A DNA stretch of 64,000 bases, taken from the NCBI GenBank assembly GCA_964106645.2, contig OZ067038.1, one strand, 5' to 3'. This document shows positions 36,395-50,232 of this stretch, piece after piece. Every line of letters begins with the position of its first letter. The first letter of the stretch is position 1. This DNA comes from Podarcis pityusensis. Taxonomy: Eukaryota. The position numbers and the translations under genes were made by a program. Below the pieces are notes generated by a model. It worked only from the letters and a program-made list of their open reading frames with translations. It was not told the origin of the DNA and did no database searches.

Positions 36395-38117
36395 TATAAA
36401 GACAGTGAATATACAAAAAGAACCACAGTAAAAATCTACTGCAGGCTGCTTTCATACATCCCCTGCTTGCTTCCATGAGGTGTGTGGGTCCTGCCAGTCC
36501 TGTTTTGTGGGTCCCCACAAAATTGATGGGCATTCCCATTCAAATGGTGTGTGTGACCTCATCATGTGATTGATTATGTAGGGTGGGGCTTACCTGGGCT
36601 CTCACAAAATTTTATTCAAGTTGGCACCCCTGCTTTGAAGCCGTATGTGAAGAAAGCCTGCTTATATTAATGAGGTTGTAATGTATATTATGTAATATAA
36701 TGAAATACTGTATAGCATAATATAATGTATGGGTGATGATGTTGTTGATGATAAGTCTCCACTCTGGTTCAGTGATAAGCTGTAACAGGACGGTGGTAGA
36801 ATTTTCAGTACACAAAAGAGGGACTGAGGGTAAGCATATTTTAATTGGTGGATATATCTAGCTGAGCACTGGCCAGCAAAGCAAGTTCAGGAGTTGCCAT
36901 TGAGCAGGACAGGAAGGAGTCAAAATAGACTTGTACTTAAATAAATCAGTAAAGGACCTAGCTCAATGGTAAAAGAAGGACCATAGCTCAAGTGCAGACC
37001 TTGCTTGCAGATTCAGTTCCCAGCATCTCTCAAGTAGGGTTGGGATGCACTCCTGCCTGAAACCCTGAAGAGCTGCTGCCAGTCAGTGTAGACAATATTG
37101 AGCTGGATAGACCAGTTGTCTATCTCAGCGTAAGGCAGCTTTTGTGTTTCTATGTCTGATAGAAAACGCTTCCAGCAGTGACCTCATTGGTTAAGGCTTA
37201 ACTGGGATGGAAAGAAAAGGAGCAACCTGTATTACTATGTTGAAGTAACTAGGTAACCTTGCCCATAATATTGAAACAAACAAATGTTGGTATATTTGCT
37301 TAATGTAATAGCTAATTGCCTTTATACTGCACCTGTACTCTATTGTCACCAGGTTATTGGTAAGTTAAGTGTCTAGAGGGAGTAAGGGATGGTGGCCATG
37401 GCACAGATTTAGGAGAACTTTTGGAGTGGAAGTTGAATGTTATTATTGTAGAGAAAGTACGGGGGGATCCCTTCCCTCCACACCCTGCATAATGGCTTGA
37501 AATTCAGTTTTCAGAAGCTTACTCCCAAACAAACCTGCCCAAGTAATGAGCTCATCTTCAGGGGCCTTGATCAGAAGTTAGACAGCTGGCAGAAAGGGGT
37601 GGGGGAGCATCTTGTAGAAGTGTCTCTTCAGAGATGTACAACTGGTGCCAAATAGGGATGTGAGCACTTGCAGCAAGGAGCACCCCTGCTCAAATTAAAA
37701 AGCAGTTTAAAGGCAGCATAGTCACTCTTGGAAGCTTCCTCCCTCGATTCTGCTCCCTCGAGCCCTGAGCTCTGTGCCTTCTATCACACCCTTGAGTGTC
37801 ATGTTCAGGATAGCTGCTGTCCTGCCATAGGAATGTAGGAAGTTGTCTTATACTGAGTCAGACTATTGCCCCAGGTCACTTAGTATTATTGATACTGACT
37901 GGCAGTAGAGTTTCAAACAGGGCCCTTTCTCAGGGTCTACCTGGTGATGCCATGGACTGAACTTGTAATTCCCTTCCTTCCTCCTTGATTCCCAAGGTGA
38001 GTGTTTTCTCCTTGAGGACAGGTAGTGAGCATTTGCTGAAAGTATTGAAGACCGCAACAGTGTCATGCTATTCAGGTTTACTCAGAAGTAAGTGCCATTG
38101 TGTTTAGTAGGGCTTAT

Positions 38118-40822
38118 TGTTGCACGCCATCCCAATCTCCTAGCAGTGTGAGATTCCAGGTGCTTACTTGGGGCGCAGGTTTTCTTTGGAATGAGGGACA
38201 GCAGAGACTGTAGTGACTTCAGTATATATGGTTTATTTAGAAATATATACAACCTGAGCCTACGATGTAGAGGCTCACAGCATGGCGGACTGATGTTCTG
38301 AAAAAGTTGTTTACTACATCAGGAGACTGAGAAGCAGTGCTTTTTCGACTTCCGGGTCAGCGCCATCGGCAATGGCGGAGTTCCTCTGACCGAGAGGAAC
38401 CCACTCCGTGAAAATCGGGTCTTGCCGCCGCGGCGAAGGCGGAGACCCTTTAAAAATCCCAGGCGGAGGAAGCCTGGGAATGTGGGATTCGGCTGACACC
38501 AGGAGCGCCTCCCCTACTCGCAGGGAAACCCTTTTTCGGGGATCCGAAGCGACGTGGGGTGAGTGGCGCGGTGTTTTGAATCAACCGCTACTTTTACGGA
38601 GTGAAGCCGCACAGCCGTTGCCGGAGAGCGCTGACTTTTTCCTGTGGACAATTGAACTCTAAACAAGTACCCGTGAGTAGAACGGAAAATTGGATTAGGA
38701 AATATTTTAATTTGGCACTGAAACGGGAAGGCTCTAAACAGGAAGTCCGCCTCCCGTTTTCTGTAAATAGATTGAAGCAAAAACTTTGTAAGCTAAAGTC
38801 TGGAAAGTCGTATATAAAGTTCTAAATTTCCTTCATTCATCACCACCAAAACCCTTCTTGGAAGCAGGAGAAAAGAGGGGGATTTTTGACTGTTTAAGCC
38901 TGCAGGAGAGAGAGTAAAGAAAGATAAATTTTCCACCGTCTCAAACCTGGAAACGGGGTGTCAGAGACAGAAATTTATGGGGAAGTTCATCGACTGTGAA
39001 TGGAACGTCTTTTGACAGATAGTAAAAAAAAAAAAGAGAAACAAATTGACTCCAATGTTGCTTCTTGTAATCAAAAGAAACAAAGTATTTGAAAAGTGAA
39101 AGTAATTTTTCTTTGTTGGTCCTGCTTTCAAAAGATGGATACAAATAGAAATTGTCTCCTCTAGAGGGAGCTTGTTAATTTGTTGCCGGAGCCGATCTGG
39201 GGACCTCACAGCTGTAAGATTAGGATCGTGAGACCAGACTTTAACCTTGAATAAAAATGTGTTTACAAGAAGTCTTGGTGCTTGCTTTTTGCAAGACAAG
39301 TGCTTTGCTGGAGCAGATGCATGAGAAGATGGATTTGATGACTGTTGCAGTTAAAAACTTTGGACAAACGGTGAATACCCGTATAGAAACCATTCAGGAA
39401 CCAGCCCAGGAACCTGTTTTGATAGGGCAAGTGCAAGTGCAGAAGAAAATGGAGGAGGTTGCTGTTGAACCTCAAATAACACAAATGAAGAGATCCGAGG
39501 CCTTGCAGGAGTATAAGCCGCTGTTCTTGAAGTTTGAATCTGGAGTGGACCAGGGGGGGTCTGGAGTTGTGAGGGCTCTTAATTTTGGAAGGACTTTGAA
39601 ACATGCTTTTAAATACTTTCTGGATTACAGTGTTGACTGTGGGGAATGGGACTGTGGGGAATGGGCTGATCTGCTGAGGAGAGATGGAGATATTTTTGGA
39701 TTGGAGTCCTCCCAAGACCTACCCCCCAATGAGAAAGGAAAGAAAATAAGAAAAAGATCAACAAAAGACAAAGTAAAGGGCAGGTATAAACAAGAAGAAA
39801 ATCTGCAGAAGGGACATGGAAAAGACTTAAGAGCCTCAGACATAAGAGCACCAGGTTGATGGATTAGATGGACGAGAAAGGACTGACAAAACCCGAGACC
39901 AGGAAGAAGAGACGATGGATGAAGATTGGAAGAAAGTTTTAAAAATTTATTTAGAAAAGTATCGCAAAATTAATGAGTATTAGAAAAATGTTGGAATGAA
40001 ATTATTTGGCTTTAGCAGAAATGTCAAAAAGAATTATGTAAGAATATGTTATGGTTAAAAGAATTTGGTATATATAAGATTTAAGTTTTAAGTTTTAGGG
40101 TTTTTTAGGGTAAGATAAGGTTAAAATAGATTAAGGTAATTTAATGACAGAATATTGTGAAAGATGGAAAGGATTTGCTGAGATAATTAACAACTAGAAT
40201 ACAAAAAAGGGAGGTGTGAGGAGGTCGTTGAAATAAGTTAATGAAAGTTAAGGATTTGGGAATATTAGACTTGTTTTTAAATTTTTTGTTTATTTTTGTT
40301 TTTTGATTTAGATGCATTGTGTGTTTTGTTATTTTTTTTTATTTTGGTTTTTATTGATCTGTATTGTTTAATTGTTATGTTTATCTACTTCTTTCTCTCT
40401 TTTTCTCCTTCTCTTGTCTTTTCTTTCTTTTTTCTTTGTAACTTTAAAATTCTCAATAAATATCATTTAAAAAAAAAAAGAGAAGCAGTGCTTTTTCCCC
40501 CTGGGGGTACTCAAGGGTAACATCTTCAGATGTTAAAAGTGTGGCACATGCTGGAACAACTTCATGGTGAGTAGTGGCATCCTTTTTCCTTAAAAAAAGA
40601 GAGGCACTGCTGAGAAGCTTTCTAACTAACAGACCATTGAGGTAGGGGCCCCCACCCATTTGGCCTCTGACACAGAGCCACTTCCTTTGTTACCATAGCA
40701 GTGCATAGTTAGGTTGCCAGGTACCAGTCCTGGTTATTCCAACAATTGAATCATTGCGGGATCCATGAATTAGGATGGACTCAGGCATACAGCCTACCCC
40801 CCTCCCACCAAAACTCTCAACA
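38118..40822. mobile_element. Probable solo LTR (~550 bp) split by an L1-derived insertion
   Basis: TGTTG...CAACA termini, near-matching 4-bp flanks ttat/atat, internal TTTATT near 38232. Confidence 0.45.
38347..40479 (+). mobile_element. Full-length non-autonomous L1-derived retroelement (~2.1 kb)
   Basis: 18-bp TSD gagaagcagtgctttttc at 38329-38346 and 40480-40497; CpG-rich 5' end GACTTCCGG...AATGGCGG; 3' part homologous to the L1 at 26756-27590; AATAAA at 40455 and an A-tail. Confidence 0.85.
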
Positions 40823-42288
40823 ATATTTTTGTACACTGCCTTTATAGTTTTCATGCAATGTCTGTTTATAAATGCTTTTATAAATAAATAAAATTATCGG
40901 CAAACCTATTCTGGAGTGGTTAAGTTCTGAATGTTACTCATGGTGAGAACAAGTAAAATGAATCTAAATCTCTACTGAAAACATTCTTCAGTTTCTTAGA
41001 ATTTTCATTTCAATATTTTTTTTTTGAAAAGTGATGAAAAGCTAACATCTTTTCCTGCTGTGGGCAGTTTACATTAGTGCTGTGACAGATATTACAGTAA
41101 AAACATAAGAAGAGCCCACTGGATCAGGCCAATGATTCTTCTGGAATTGCTAAGAATGGTTACTGATAATAGTTTCATTAATCTTCAAATAAGAACCAGA
41201 ATACAGTAAAAGTAAATAAAATCAGAAGATACTGTTGCAATAGAAATGGATGTTCTATCTTAGCTCCAGATGTTTCAAGCAAGTTAGGCATTTGATCTAC
41301 ACATATAAACGGGTCTGTGTAGCTTGATAAATTGTAAGTACCTGTAAATGCACAACTCCATACCATGTCAATTGGTTAGGTTTTTTTCCAGACTATTGTG
41401 CATAGGCTGCTCGGAGCATTATTTAAAAGAGACTTGGCACTGTTAGAATTAAGAACAAGCATAATTCCAACTGATTTTAAATATTTGAATGGGATATTCT
41501 GTTATTACTTTAAAATGGTTTGCAGATGGCATGATTCATCTCCGTACAAGTGCAGCCATTCACCCATGGAGGGATCAGGTCAGAACCCTGTTCCAAATAC
41601 ATACCCTCATCTTAACATGCCCATCACTGTTTTTTGAAAGGCAAGTAGAAAGTAGCTGATTTAAAATACCTCAATCTGGCACCACACCTGATTTAGCATC
41701 CTTAAAAGTTGATCATGCTTCACTCTTTGAATGGGTGTTTGCAGTTTCCCCTTATCTGAAGATTCACGAAGCTTGCAATCTCCATAAATTCCTTCTCGAT
41801 CTCTTCTTGTCTTTTAATAGCCTGTGTCTGGGACAGGGCATGCCATTTAGTAACATGTATCCCATCTTGCTACTGAATCAAAAATAGTACACAGAATCAT
41901 AGAGGGAGTCCATTAAACATTTACTGCTTTGAATTTGCCAACTGGCTCTCCCAACTAGATTTCCCCTGAAGCAAAGCTGCCATAGCTCAGAGTGCAAGGA
42001 TTGCTTGAAAATTCTCTCCATTGTCTGCCCTGCCTAATTTTTAGTCCCCCAGAATGATGCCTCAGTAAGGCATGCTTCGGGGTAGTCATTTTCCATTTAG
42101 GATAGTCTCTGCACCATTTACCGGTAAAACTCCAAGGGAGGTAGAACTTTTACTGATTCCACTTCTTCTATGATAGTATGTTAGTAATGGAGGGGAAATC
42201 CGCTAGATGGCACTCTCTTTCAGAATTTTAAACATTAGTAGGAAATCGCTTACAACCTGAAAAGATTTCTGTGGAGCCTCTAAGGCAA

Positions 42289-42350
42289 ATAATAATAATA
42301 AATAAATAAATAAATAAAAAAATAAAAATAAAATAAAATAAAATAAAATA
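42289..42350. repeat. Compound (AAT)/(AAAT)/(AAAAT)n repeat
   Basis: Direct reading. Confidence 0.9.
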
Positions 42351-43554
42351 TTCAAGGGCTGTATCTGGTTCACAGGCTGATGGTTGCATTAAATCTGTTG
42401 AAGCAGATTTAGATCAAGAAAATATTTTTGTTTACTTGTCTTGCTTTTAAGACTTGCAACTAGCAGCCAATACTCTATAAATGATGAAATAATCAAGATA
42501 AAAACAGTAGCCTCAAACTCTTGAGTCCCTTTATTCTGAACCTCATGATTTTCTTTTACAAAAATACTATGAAAATATTTCATATGCAGGAGGTGGAAGG
42601 AACCTGCATTGGAACCTTGCAGTCCAGGAATAAAATTTATATAAAATTTTCAAATGCATGATTTTACTATGAGCAATACCTTTGTGGGGATTTTTTCAGT
42701 ACTAAAACAAGCATTATGCAGGCAACAGTTCAATAAAAGATACAATAAAAGGCGGTTATAAAAACTGAGTAATGCTATGTAATAAACAAGCCTTGTGTTT
42801 ATTATATATTATTAGTACTACTCAGTAGGCTACCAAGAGACAGCTCACTGAAGACAGGCACTTCTCTGACATGGAGATCTTCTTGAGGACATACCAAAGG
42901 CTTGAACAACTGTGATCTTATTTCACTGAACCTGGATTCTTCGCATTGGTAACTCATGAGGAGGCAAGTAGTTGTGAATTTCCCTCCTGCCCTTCACAGA
43001 AGTGCTGTCTTTAGTGAAGCAAGCAATAATGGAAGTCTTGCTGAATTCTGTGAAGCCAAAATTCTCCTGTTTATTTTGTGTGTGTGTGCTGACACCTCAA
43101 TCATCTCCTCCTCCACTGGCAGACTTTCAGTTTGTTCCAGCAGACGGAAATATTGCTGTGAAGGAGCTGCACAGCGAAGGACACAGACTTTTAATGTGTT
43201 CCGTTTTCTCATAAATGTTCTGCCTTGTGAAGGCCATACCGAATCTGACCTCATTATTTAATCTGCCTTGGCTACTCATTCAAGGGCTCCTGAGGTGCCA
43301 GATTTGCCTTTATGGCACTGGTTCCGAACTTCTGCAGCTTTAAGGCTCCAACAATTAAATGCCAACTTTGGCTCTATGCCACTGAGTTGAGGCCGGAGCT
43401 CAACAAACTGAGAGCAAGGTTGCCAGCTCTGATGCAATGGGAGTACCTGTGCTCTTGCGCCCTAGATTCCATTCTATCCCCTCTGCTTGGAGGAAGAGAA
43501 ACTCTTCATTGTTCTCCTGCCTATCCTCACACAGTTGTGCCATGCAACCATATA

Positions 43555-43796
43555 CAGTGGTACCTCGGGTTAAGTACTTAATTCATTCCAGAGGTCCGTT
43601 CTTAACCTGAAACTGTTCTTAACCTGAAGCACCACTTTAGCTAATGGGGCCTCCCGCTGCTGCCGTGCCGCCGGAGCACGATTTCTCTTCTCATCCTGAA
43701 GCAAAGTTCTTAACCCGAGGTACTGTTTCTGGGTTAGCAGAGTCTGTAACCTGAAGCGTATGTAACCTGAAGCGTATGTAACCCGAGGTACCACTG
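43555..43796. mobile_element. Tigger-like MITE, family A
   Basis: Perfect TIR CAGTGGTACCTCGGGTTA, TA flanks. Confidence 0.9.
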
Positions 43797-44581
43797 TAGA
43801 TCTTTCAGAGGAGGGATGTTCTCTGGTCCTCTGCATGGTGTTGTTATAAGGTATGCAGGATAGAGCAACAGATTCTGCCTTGTTTTGCCAAGCATAGTTT
43901 AACCGTCCATCTTTTGCCCCACTCTTGATCTAACGGATCAAGGCAAGTTACGTTTCTAGTTTGAAGTATGTATCTAATGTACATGAGGATCTTTGCAGCA
44001 ACAGAACTAAATGGACAGTTGCTGCTGTCAACAGGGAGAACAGATAGGCCTGGATTCAGTTCCCTACACTCCAAATAGATTAGTGCTGTCAGAGTTGGCA
44101 TAGCTGATCTTCTCCTTGGCACTGCCCACGTCTTCAGCCTTAGGTGCTGGATGTGGGTATTGTTGAACACCCCGCATTTCATATAGCACTTTTTTGCATT
44201 CAAATACACAATCTAGAAATGAGATCTGTTTCCACAAGCCTCCTTCCATGGATATATCACCCTTCCTGGATACAGAGTTATAGTGTAGCAAAGCTTTGGG
44301 TTTTTCTTTAATTATATTGGGATTTAAAAGCTCATATTTTTCTTTACTGATAGAAGCTGATGAAAAACTGATATAACTTTGTCTGTATTGTGTTTGCCTC
44401 TCCTCACTGGAATTCTTTTTAATCCCTTGATTTACTAACCCATTGGGTGGGGGGGAAGGTTTTGGTGGGATTGCTCCTACCCCTCCTGCTGCCAGGACTC
44501 TTGCATTTAGCAGGTGCATCATAGACAGAAATGCAAAATCAATAGGCATGCAAATGCTGTGATGAGAGAAGCTTCAAAGAG

Positions 44582-44691
44582 CATAGAGTTGGGACTACGA
44601 AGCTCATCTAGTCCAATCCCCTGTAATGCAGGAATCTTTTCCCCAATGGGGGGCTCAAACCCACGACCCTGAGATTAAGTGTCTCATGCTC
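44582..44691 (-). mobile_element. Second copy of the tRNA-Lys-derived SINE (5'-truncated)
   Basis: Clear similarity to 979-1116 (accctgagattaag, gaatctttt, tcatctagt). Confidence 0.65.
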
Positions 44692-45335
44692 AGTTGCAAT
44701 GTTTCGCACAGGAAAAAAGGAAGTGGCAACCCTATTTCTGTGTGAAATTAATTTCACATTTATGTTTGTGTGTGCTTTTTTGGCATCAGAACCACATTTC
44801 ATAAAACCACTGTCTAGTGCTTTCTTGCAATGGCATTTATATTGCTTTTTCAGATTATGTTAATATGAATCACTGAACATCCCTCAAAGCATATTTGTGG
44901 CTTGCATTTAAAAGACCATTAATTTGAAATTAATGAAAAGTCATGTGATACATTTCTCATTTTAGCATGAGATGGTACGTTCCAAGCCATTTTTCTTATT
45001 CAAATTGCATGCCATTTATTAGAACCTTAGGACAGAAATGATGTTTAAATCAATCTTATTTAAAGCACATTTTTTATATTTCTTTCCTTCTTTGACATGT
45101 TCCCATTACATTTAGAGGATATATTTATCAGAGACGTGATGCTTGGGCATTTGAGTCAATAAAACCAAATTATAATTGCATTTATCCAAACTTTCTACAG
45201 GGGCTTTGCATGCCCTAGTCAGACAGGTGAGGTTGTAATACAGTAAGTTCAGGAATAAACCAGGCTGATCAACAACCCACATAAGGTCTGGATTTAAAAT
45301 AATTTTGGTCTAAGTGAGGCTGAATCAATTTTGAT

Positions 45336-45342
<7 letters not shown>

Positions 45343-45375
<33 letters not shown>
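45343..45375. repeat. (AAT)n microsatellite
   Basis: Direct reading. Confidence 0.95.
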
Positions 45376-45376
<1 letters not shown>

Positions 45377-46906
45377 TCAACTAACTGTGCAACTTTTTGC
45401 CTGTCTACTCAGAAGTACTTAGTGCCAGGTTCTGTGGGACTCACCCCTGTGTAAGTGTGTACAGAATTGGAGTTGAAAAGCAAGTTGACTTTTTTTTTAT
45501 GGGCCAGGGGTAGTCTTCGCAGATTTGCCACCTTTTGTGCTGACAGCACTTTGATGTTTCAGGACAAATACGCCCTTTGTTCAATTTCTATCACTAAGCT
45601 GGTTAAGAATACAGACGCTATCATAACAGAAGAAGGTACATCGTTACACGGAACTAAGATGGTGAGTATGCCTTAAACTGGGTTGTGGACTGAGCTAATT
45701 GATAGGTTACCAGAGCTACAGTGAAGTAATACTTTGAATGACCGGGGGGGGGGGGTAGGGGGGAGAAAGAGATGCTAACTGTAGAAGCACAACACACTAT
45801 ACAGTGTAAGGGTGGATTCACATGACAAGTTTCCCCACATGTCACTGGACATGTGAAAGGACACCGTGGGGTTTTGTTCACATATCTTATGGACTGGACT
45901 GGTGCAGGTTATGAGCTGAATTAAGTGGAAAAGGAACCCATCTGTTGTTGCTGCCATTTGAGCTTTGACTGCAGCAGCCCCAGAAATGGGAAGTTCTGTG
46001 GACATTTCTGTTGTCATTTTTTAATCAGGAATGGGGTGCTAGTGGATTTTTAATACCTGAACTAAGGAGGAGAAGAGCTGGTGCCCAGAATTACCTGAAG
46101 GAGAAGGGAGGAGCCAGGCTTGGGAAATGTTGGGACAAGGGATATGGGAAAAAACTTGGCTCCTTCATTTTAATATTTTTCTGTGTAAATGGCTATGAGG
46201 GCCAAACCCTTCACCCAGAAGATACCCATGGGCTGCATTTATTCTTCTCACAGGAAAAAAATAATCATTAGTTTTGAAGGGAGAAGTCCCTGTGGACAGC
46301 TTTTGAAAATATCCTTCATCACCAGTCCTTATATTGTGTGACAAAATCTATTCACCAGCACTAATGCCTCTCTCTACAAGTATCCTTCACAGGTGCTCAG
46401 TGTCCACAGTCATCTTGCAAGCCAGAACAACTGCTCTCATTCTAGGTCTGGCTAGAATCATTTTGCTGCTTGAAGGAGAGCAGCGAATGGCACTCTCCTC
46501 ACATCAAGGTGCACAGTATCCAAGGCAACAGTAATAAATAACTTTGTTTGCTTCCCATTTATGACATCCCAAATCTAAGGCAACTAATCCTACTCCACCT
46601 AATGGAATGACGTAGCTGAAACAACCCTGTTATCCAAGTTTTCTTTTCCACTGACCAAAGTCAGCATACCCATACCACAACCTTCTCCCTTGGCTTTAAT
46701 TTGCACTTGCACATTGAATACACATTGAAAACACTTGTGCTACTTACTTAGGCATAGTGAGTGGGGCTTACATTTTGGCGTGTAGCAATATCCACTTGTA
46801 GATCAGTTAGGAATTGCTTCCTAACCCTGAAGGATTGTTCAGTGATTTGTATAGGTGGTAGAGGTGAAGGGATGATAGCCCCAACCTATATTGTGAGCAT
46901 GCAAAA

Positions 46907-47043
46907 CAGGTCCGGGGAACCTTGGGCCCTTCAGAACTGCTGAACTACAACTCCCATCAGCTCCAGCAAGCATGGCCAATGGGCAGGGATTGCTGGAACT
47001 GTAGTTCATCAACATCTGGAAGGCCGAATGCTCCTCACACCTG
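46907..47043. mobile_element. Small hAT-like MITE remnant; related pieces near 3299-3390 and 4345-4440
   Basis: CAGG...CCTG ends; internal gaactacaactcccatcag...ggaactgtagttc inverted motif. Confidence 0.55.
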
Positions 47044-50000
47044 GTACAGAACAAGGGAGTTGGCAAGGCAGAGAAGGCACCCCTGAGAAATCACAACATA
47101 TGACCTGAACCATGTTGGGAGAGATGGTTTGACTATCTACTTGCTTTCCTCAATGGTACCTCTGATATTATAGAAAAAAAGGAAACAACCTTAAGTGTGC
47201 ATAGGGAGGAATAGGGTTAGTATATTGTTATTAAGACTTCAAATAAAGAACCCAAGGAATACACATAACCAGAATTCATAAGGAATAAATTTATTGCTGT
47301 TTACTTAACAGGGCAGTCCTACACATATCTGCTCAGAGGTAGGCCCCATTGATTTCAGTGGGACTTACTCCCAGGTAAGTGTATATCTGATAGCAGCCTA
47401 AAGTTATCAACTTATTTGTTAACAAAGGGAAGCAATATGTGTATTAACATATTTTGTCATTATAGTTTTGTATTTTTCTTTAAAATATGACAGAAAGAGA
47501 ATGGAAATTTTAAATTCAGCAATGACCCAAATGTTATTCCTGTCTGTCATCATATTTTTGACTATCCATTTCTTTGGCCATCTGTCATTCTGGAAATATA
47601 TAAAGCCAGGTCTCTTGCAATAACAACCTCAGTAGCACTGGGCCCCGAGAGCAATTATTCTAAATTTCTCCTTCCTTGTTCCCCAGCTAATGATACACAT
47701 GACAAAGGGAATCTATGAATATATAGATTTCCTCAAGCAATTGGAGACACAAAAAGTTGCATGAATAGCCTCATGCACATCCTCATCCAGACCTATGAGA
47801 GAATTATATCACATGCTTGATTTAACAGCTGTTTTAAAATCTCACTGCTTAACTCAGCAACAATACAGCAACCTCTTACATTTTAGAGTACCACTAAAGG
47901 CAACCTCCCTAGTGTCTCAGCATGCAAACCAATTCCACAAATTGGCAAAGCAGGTGCAGTTAGATTACAACCTGTTTTGTCCCAATCAGAAGTTTAAAAT
48001 AAATTTAAACCCAAGTGTTCTGGGTTAATGAACTGCAGCCTAGATGTTAAAGCTACATTTCAGTATACCTTACAAACATCATTTTGATGCTGAATAAGGG
48101 CACTTTAGGGAATGAAAGCAATTTTATTTCATTTGAAATCAACAAAATCTGTGTGGCATTTTTACAATTAAACAAGGATAAGTAGAGGCAGGCTGTAAAG
48201 AGATTAAGAGCACTTACATCGCTGGAAGAAATTACACAGATGTAGCAAACCATAAAGGTGAGATATCAAAACAATCCTCAACTGTATTAAACAATGTGAT
48301 CATAATAACAGGCATTTGAGCACTACTGGTTTTTTTAAAAAAATATGTGTAGCTTTTAATTTTTCTGTTACCAGAATATAAAACCATTAGCTTTGTTTTG
48401 CTGCTTTATTCCATGCCACATACTGTTTCTGTTTAGATCTTGTGCAGAGACTGCACAGCTATGCCACACTTGCTTGTGTAGCAAATATCTGAAAAGCATG
48501 CAAATGTATTAAAAGGTACATACATGCTCATGTAACATGCATTTAAGACTTTACATTTTGAATTACAGTTCCTTTTCCCACACTGTTTTATTTGGTAAAA
48601 TAAGGTAATATCCTCATTTTGATTAATACATATATGATCCATAACTCGATATAGTCACTCAATCGAGTAACTTAAATAAGATCAGTTTGAAGAATTTTGA
48701 TTTAATTTGATCTAATTTCATTGCATCTATTTGGATTAAATTAGTTAAAATCTAAGCACATTTACTGATTTAGTCTCTGATTGTCAGTTTTGTTCCATTA
48801 TCATTTTTGGTGTGGTAAATGCCACAATTAGGTTCAGTGTGATTTTTCTATTAGCAGTCACTGAGCTGTCCCCATTAATCAGTACCAAATAAGTGGCAAT
48901 AAGAATTTATGTACTTTCTTTATATCCTGCCTCTCCTCCAATGAATTCAACACTGTACAAATGGTTCTCTCTTTTCTTTTCTCCTTGCAGCAACATTGTG
49001 AGGTAGGTGAGGCTAAAAGTATTGACTGGCCCAAGGTCATCCAGCGAACCCTATGGGTGAGTGGAGATTTGTTCCTGGGTATCCAAAGCCCTAGAATGAC
49101 ACTCTGTCTACTAGGCTGTCTTTTGTATTGTCTAACTCTATTAAAACAAAGAACATTACTGCAAGTTTATAGATGATACTGTCACATGAAGGTCTGGATT
49201 TGTTATCACAGGCAGGCAAGCAAATTGTGTTGCCAGCAAATGGCTTTATCTTGCTGTTGCCATTTATTGACAAATATGGTTTGAATTCAAAGGAGGCGTA
49301 AATATACTGCTTGCATATTGTTATTTATTTGCCTGTTACGTTACAAATCATCTTAGAAAGTATTTTTGTACAAAATTTCCACTATTTTAAAATGACATTC
49401 TACTTATTCACGTCAGAAGGATCAATATTGGGTACTGAGTTTGAATTAAGATGAAGGATCTAATTCCTTAGTCCAAATTAAACTGAGTCAAAACTGAATG
49501 CACCTACAATTTCAGTAGCAGGCAGCACTAATAAAAAGCTTATAAGGTTATGTAGGATTTGGAGGCTGGATGTGACAGAGTAATAAACACACTTAAGACA
49601 TTTCATTTTCCTGTTTGCAACCCCCACCTGCAACTACTATATCTTATTATTGTCTAATATTTTTGGCATTAACTTAATTCCAGTTGAATTAAATTACGAA
49701 GTTAACGAGTGCCAATGAAGATTATACATCACCTAATTCAGTGCAATTAAAATAAACCATGCAATATTATTTATGGATTAAATTAAATAATTATTTAAGA
49801 CATAAAGCACTGCAGTGTAAACAGGCACCCTTGTGTATGCAGCCTCTCTCTTTATCATAAATACTAATAAGTTATTTCTTTATTATTAGGCCTACTTAAC
49901 TTACTACTGTACTGGAACTGAGATGCTTGTATATAATAAGAGTTAAAAACATATCAAATCTATGGATAAATAATACAACTTAATACATAGAAAATGATTT

Positions 50001-50232
50001 CTCAAAAAAGGCGACTTTCTGTTCAGATTGTTTATCCTCTCCAAGTGTTTGTGCAAATAAATAAGAAAGTAAAAGGGAGATGATTCAAGCTCAGTTTTCC
50101 TTAGATGTCCTGAATCACACATTTGTCTTGCACCAAACGATATCTTACCTACCTTGTGGAACCACAATCTGAATAACACATTGGGGTCCCCTGTTTGCTT
50201 GCTGTGTCCGATACAGGAGCTGAATCTATGTG

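Noticed and set aside
41670-42260. Possible minus-strand exons of an extra gene between NCR3LG1 and KCNJ11
   Set aside because: Manual translation of the parts examined gave short frames with stops and no recognisable protein.
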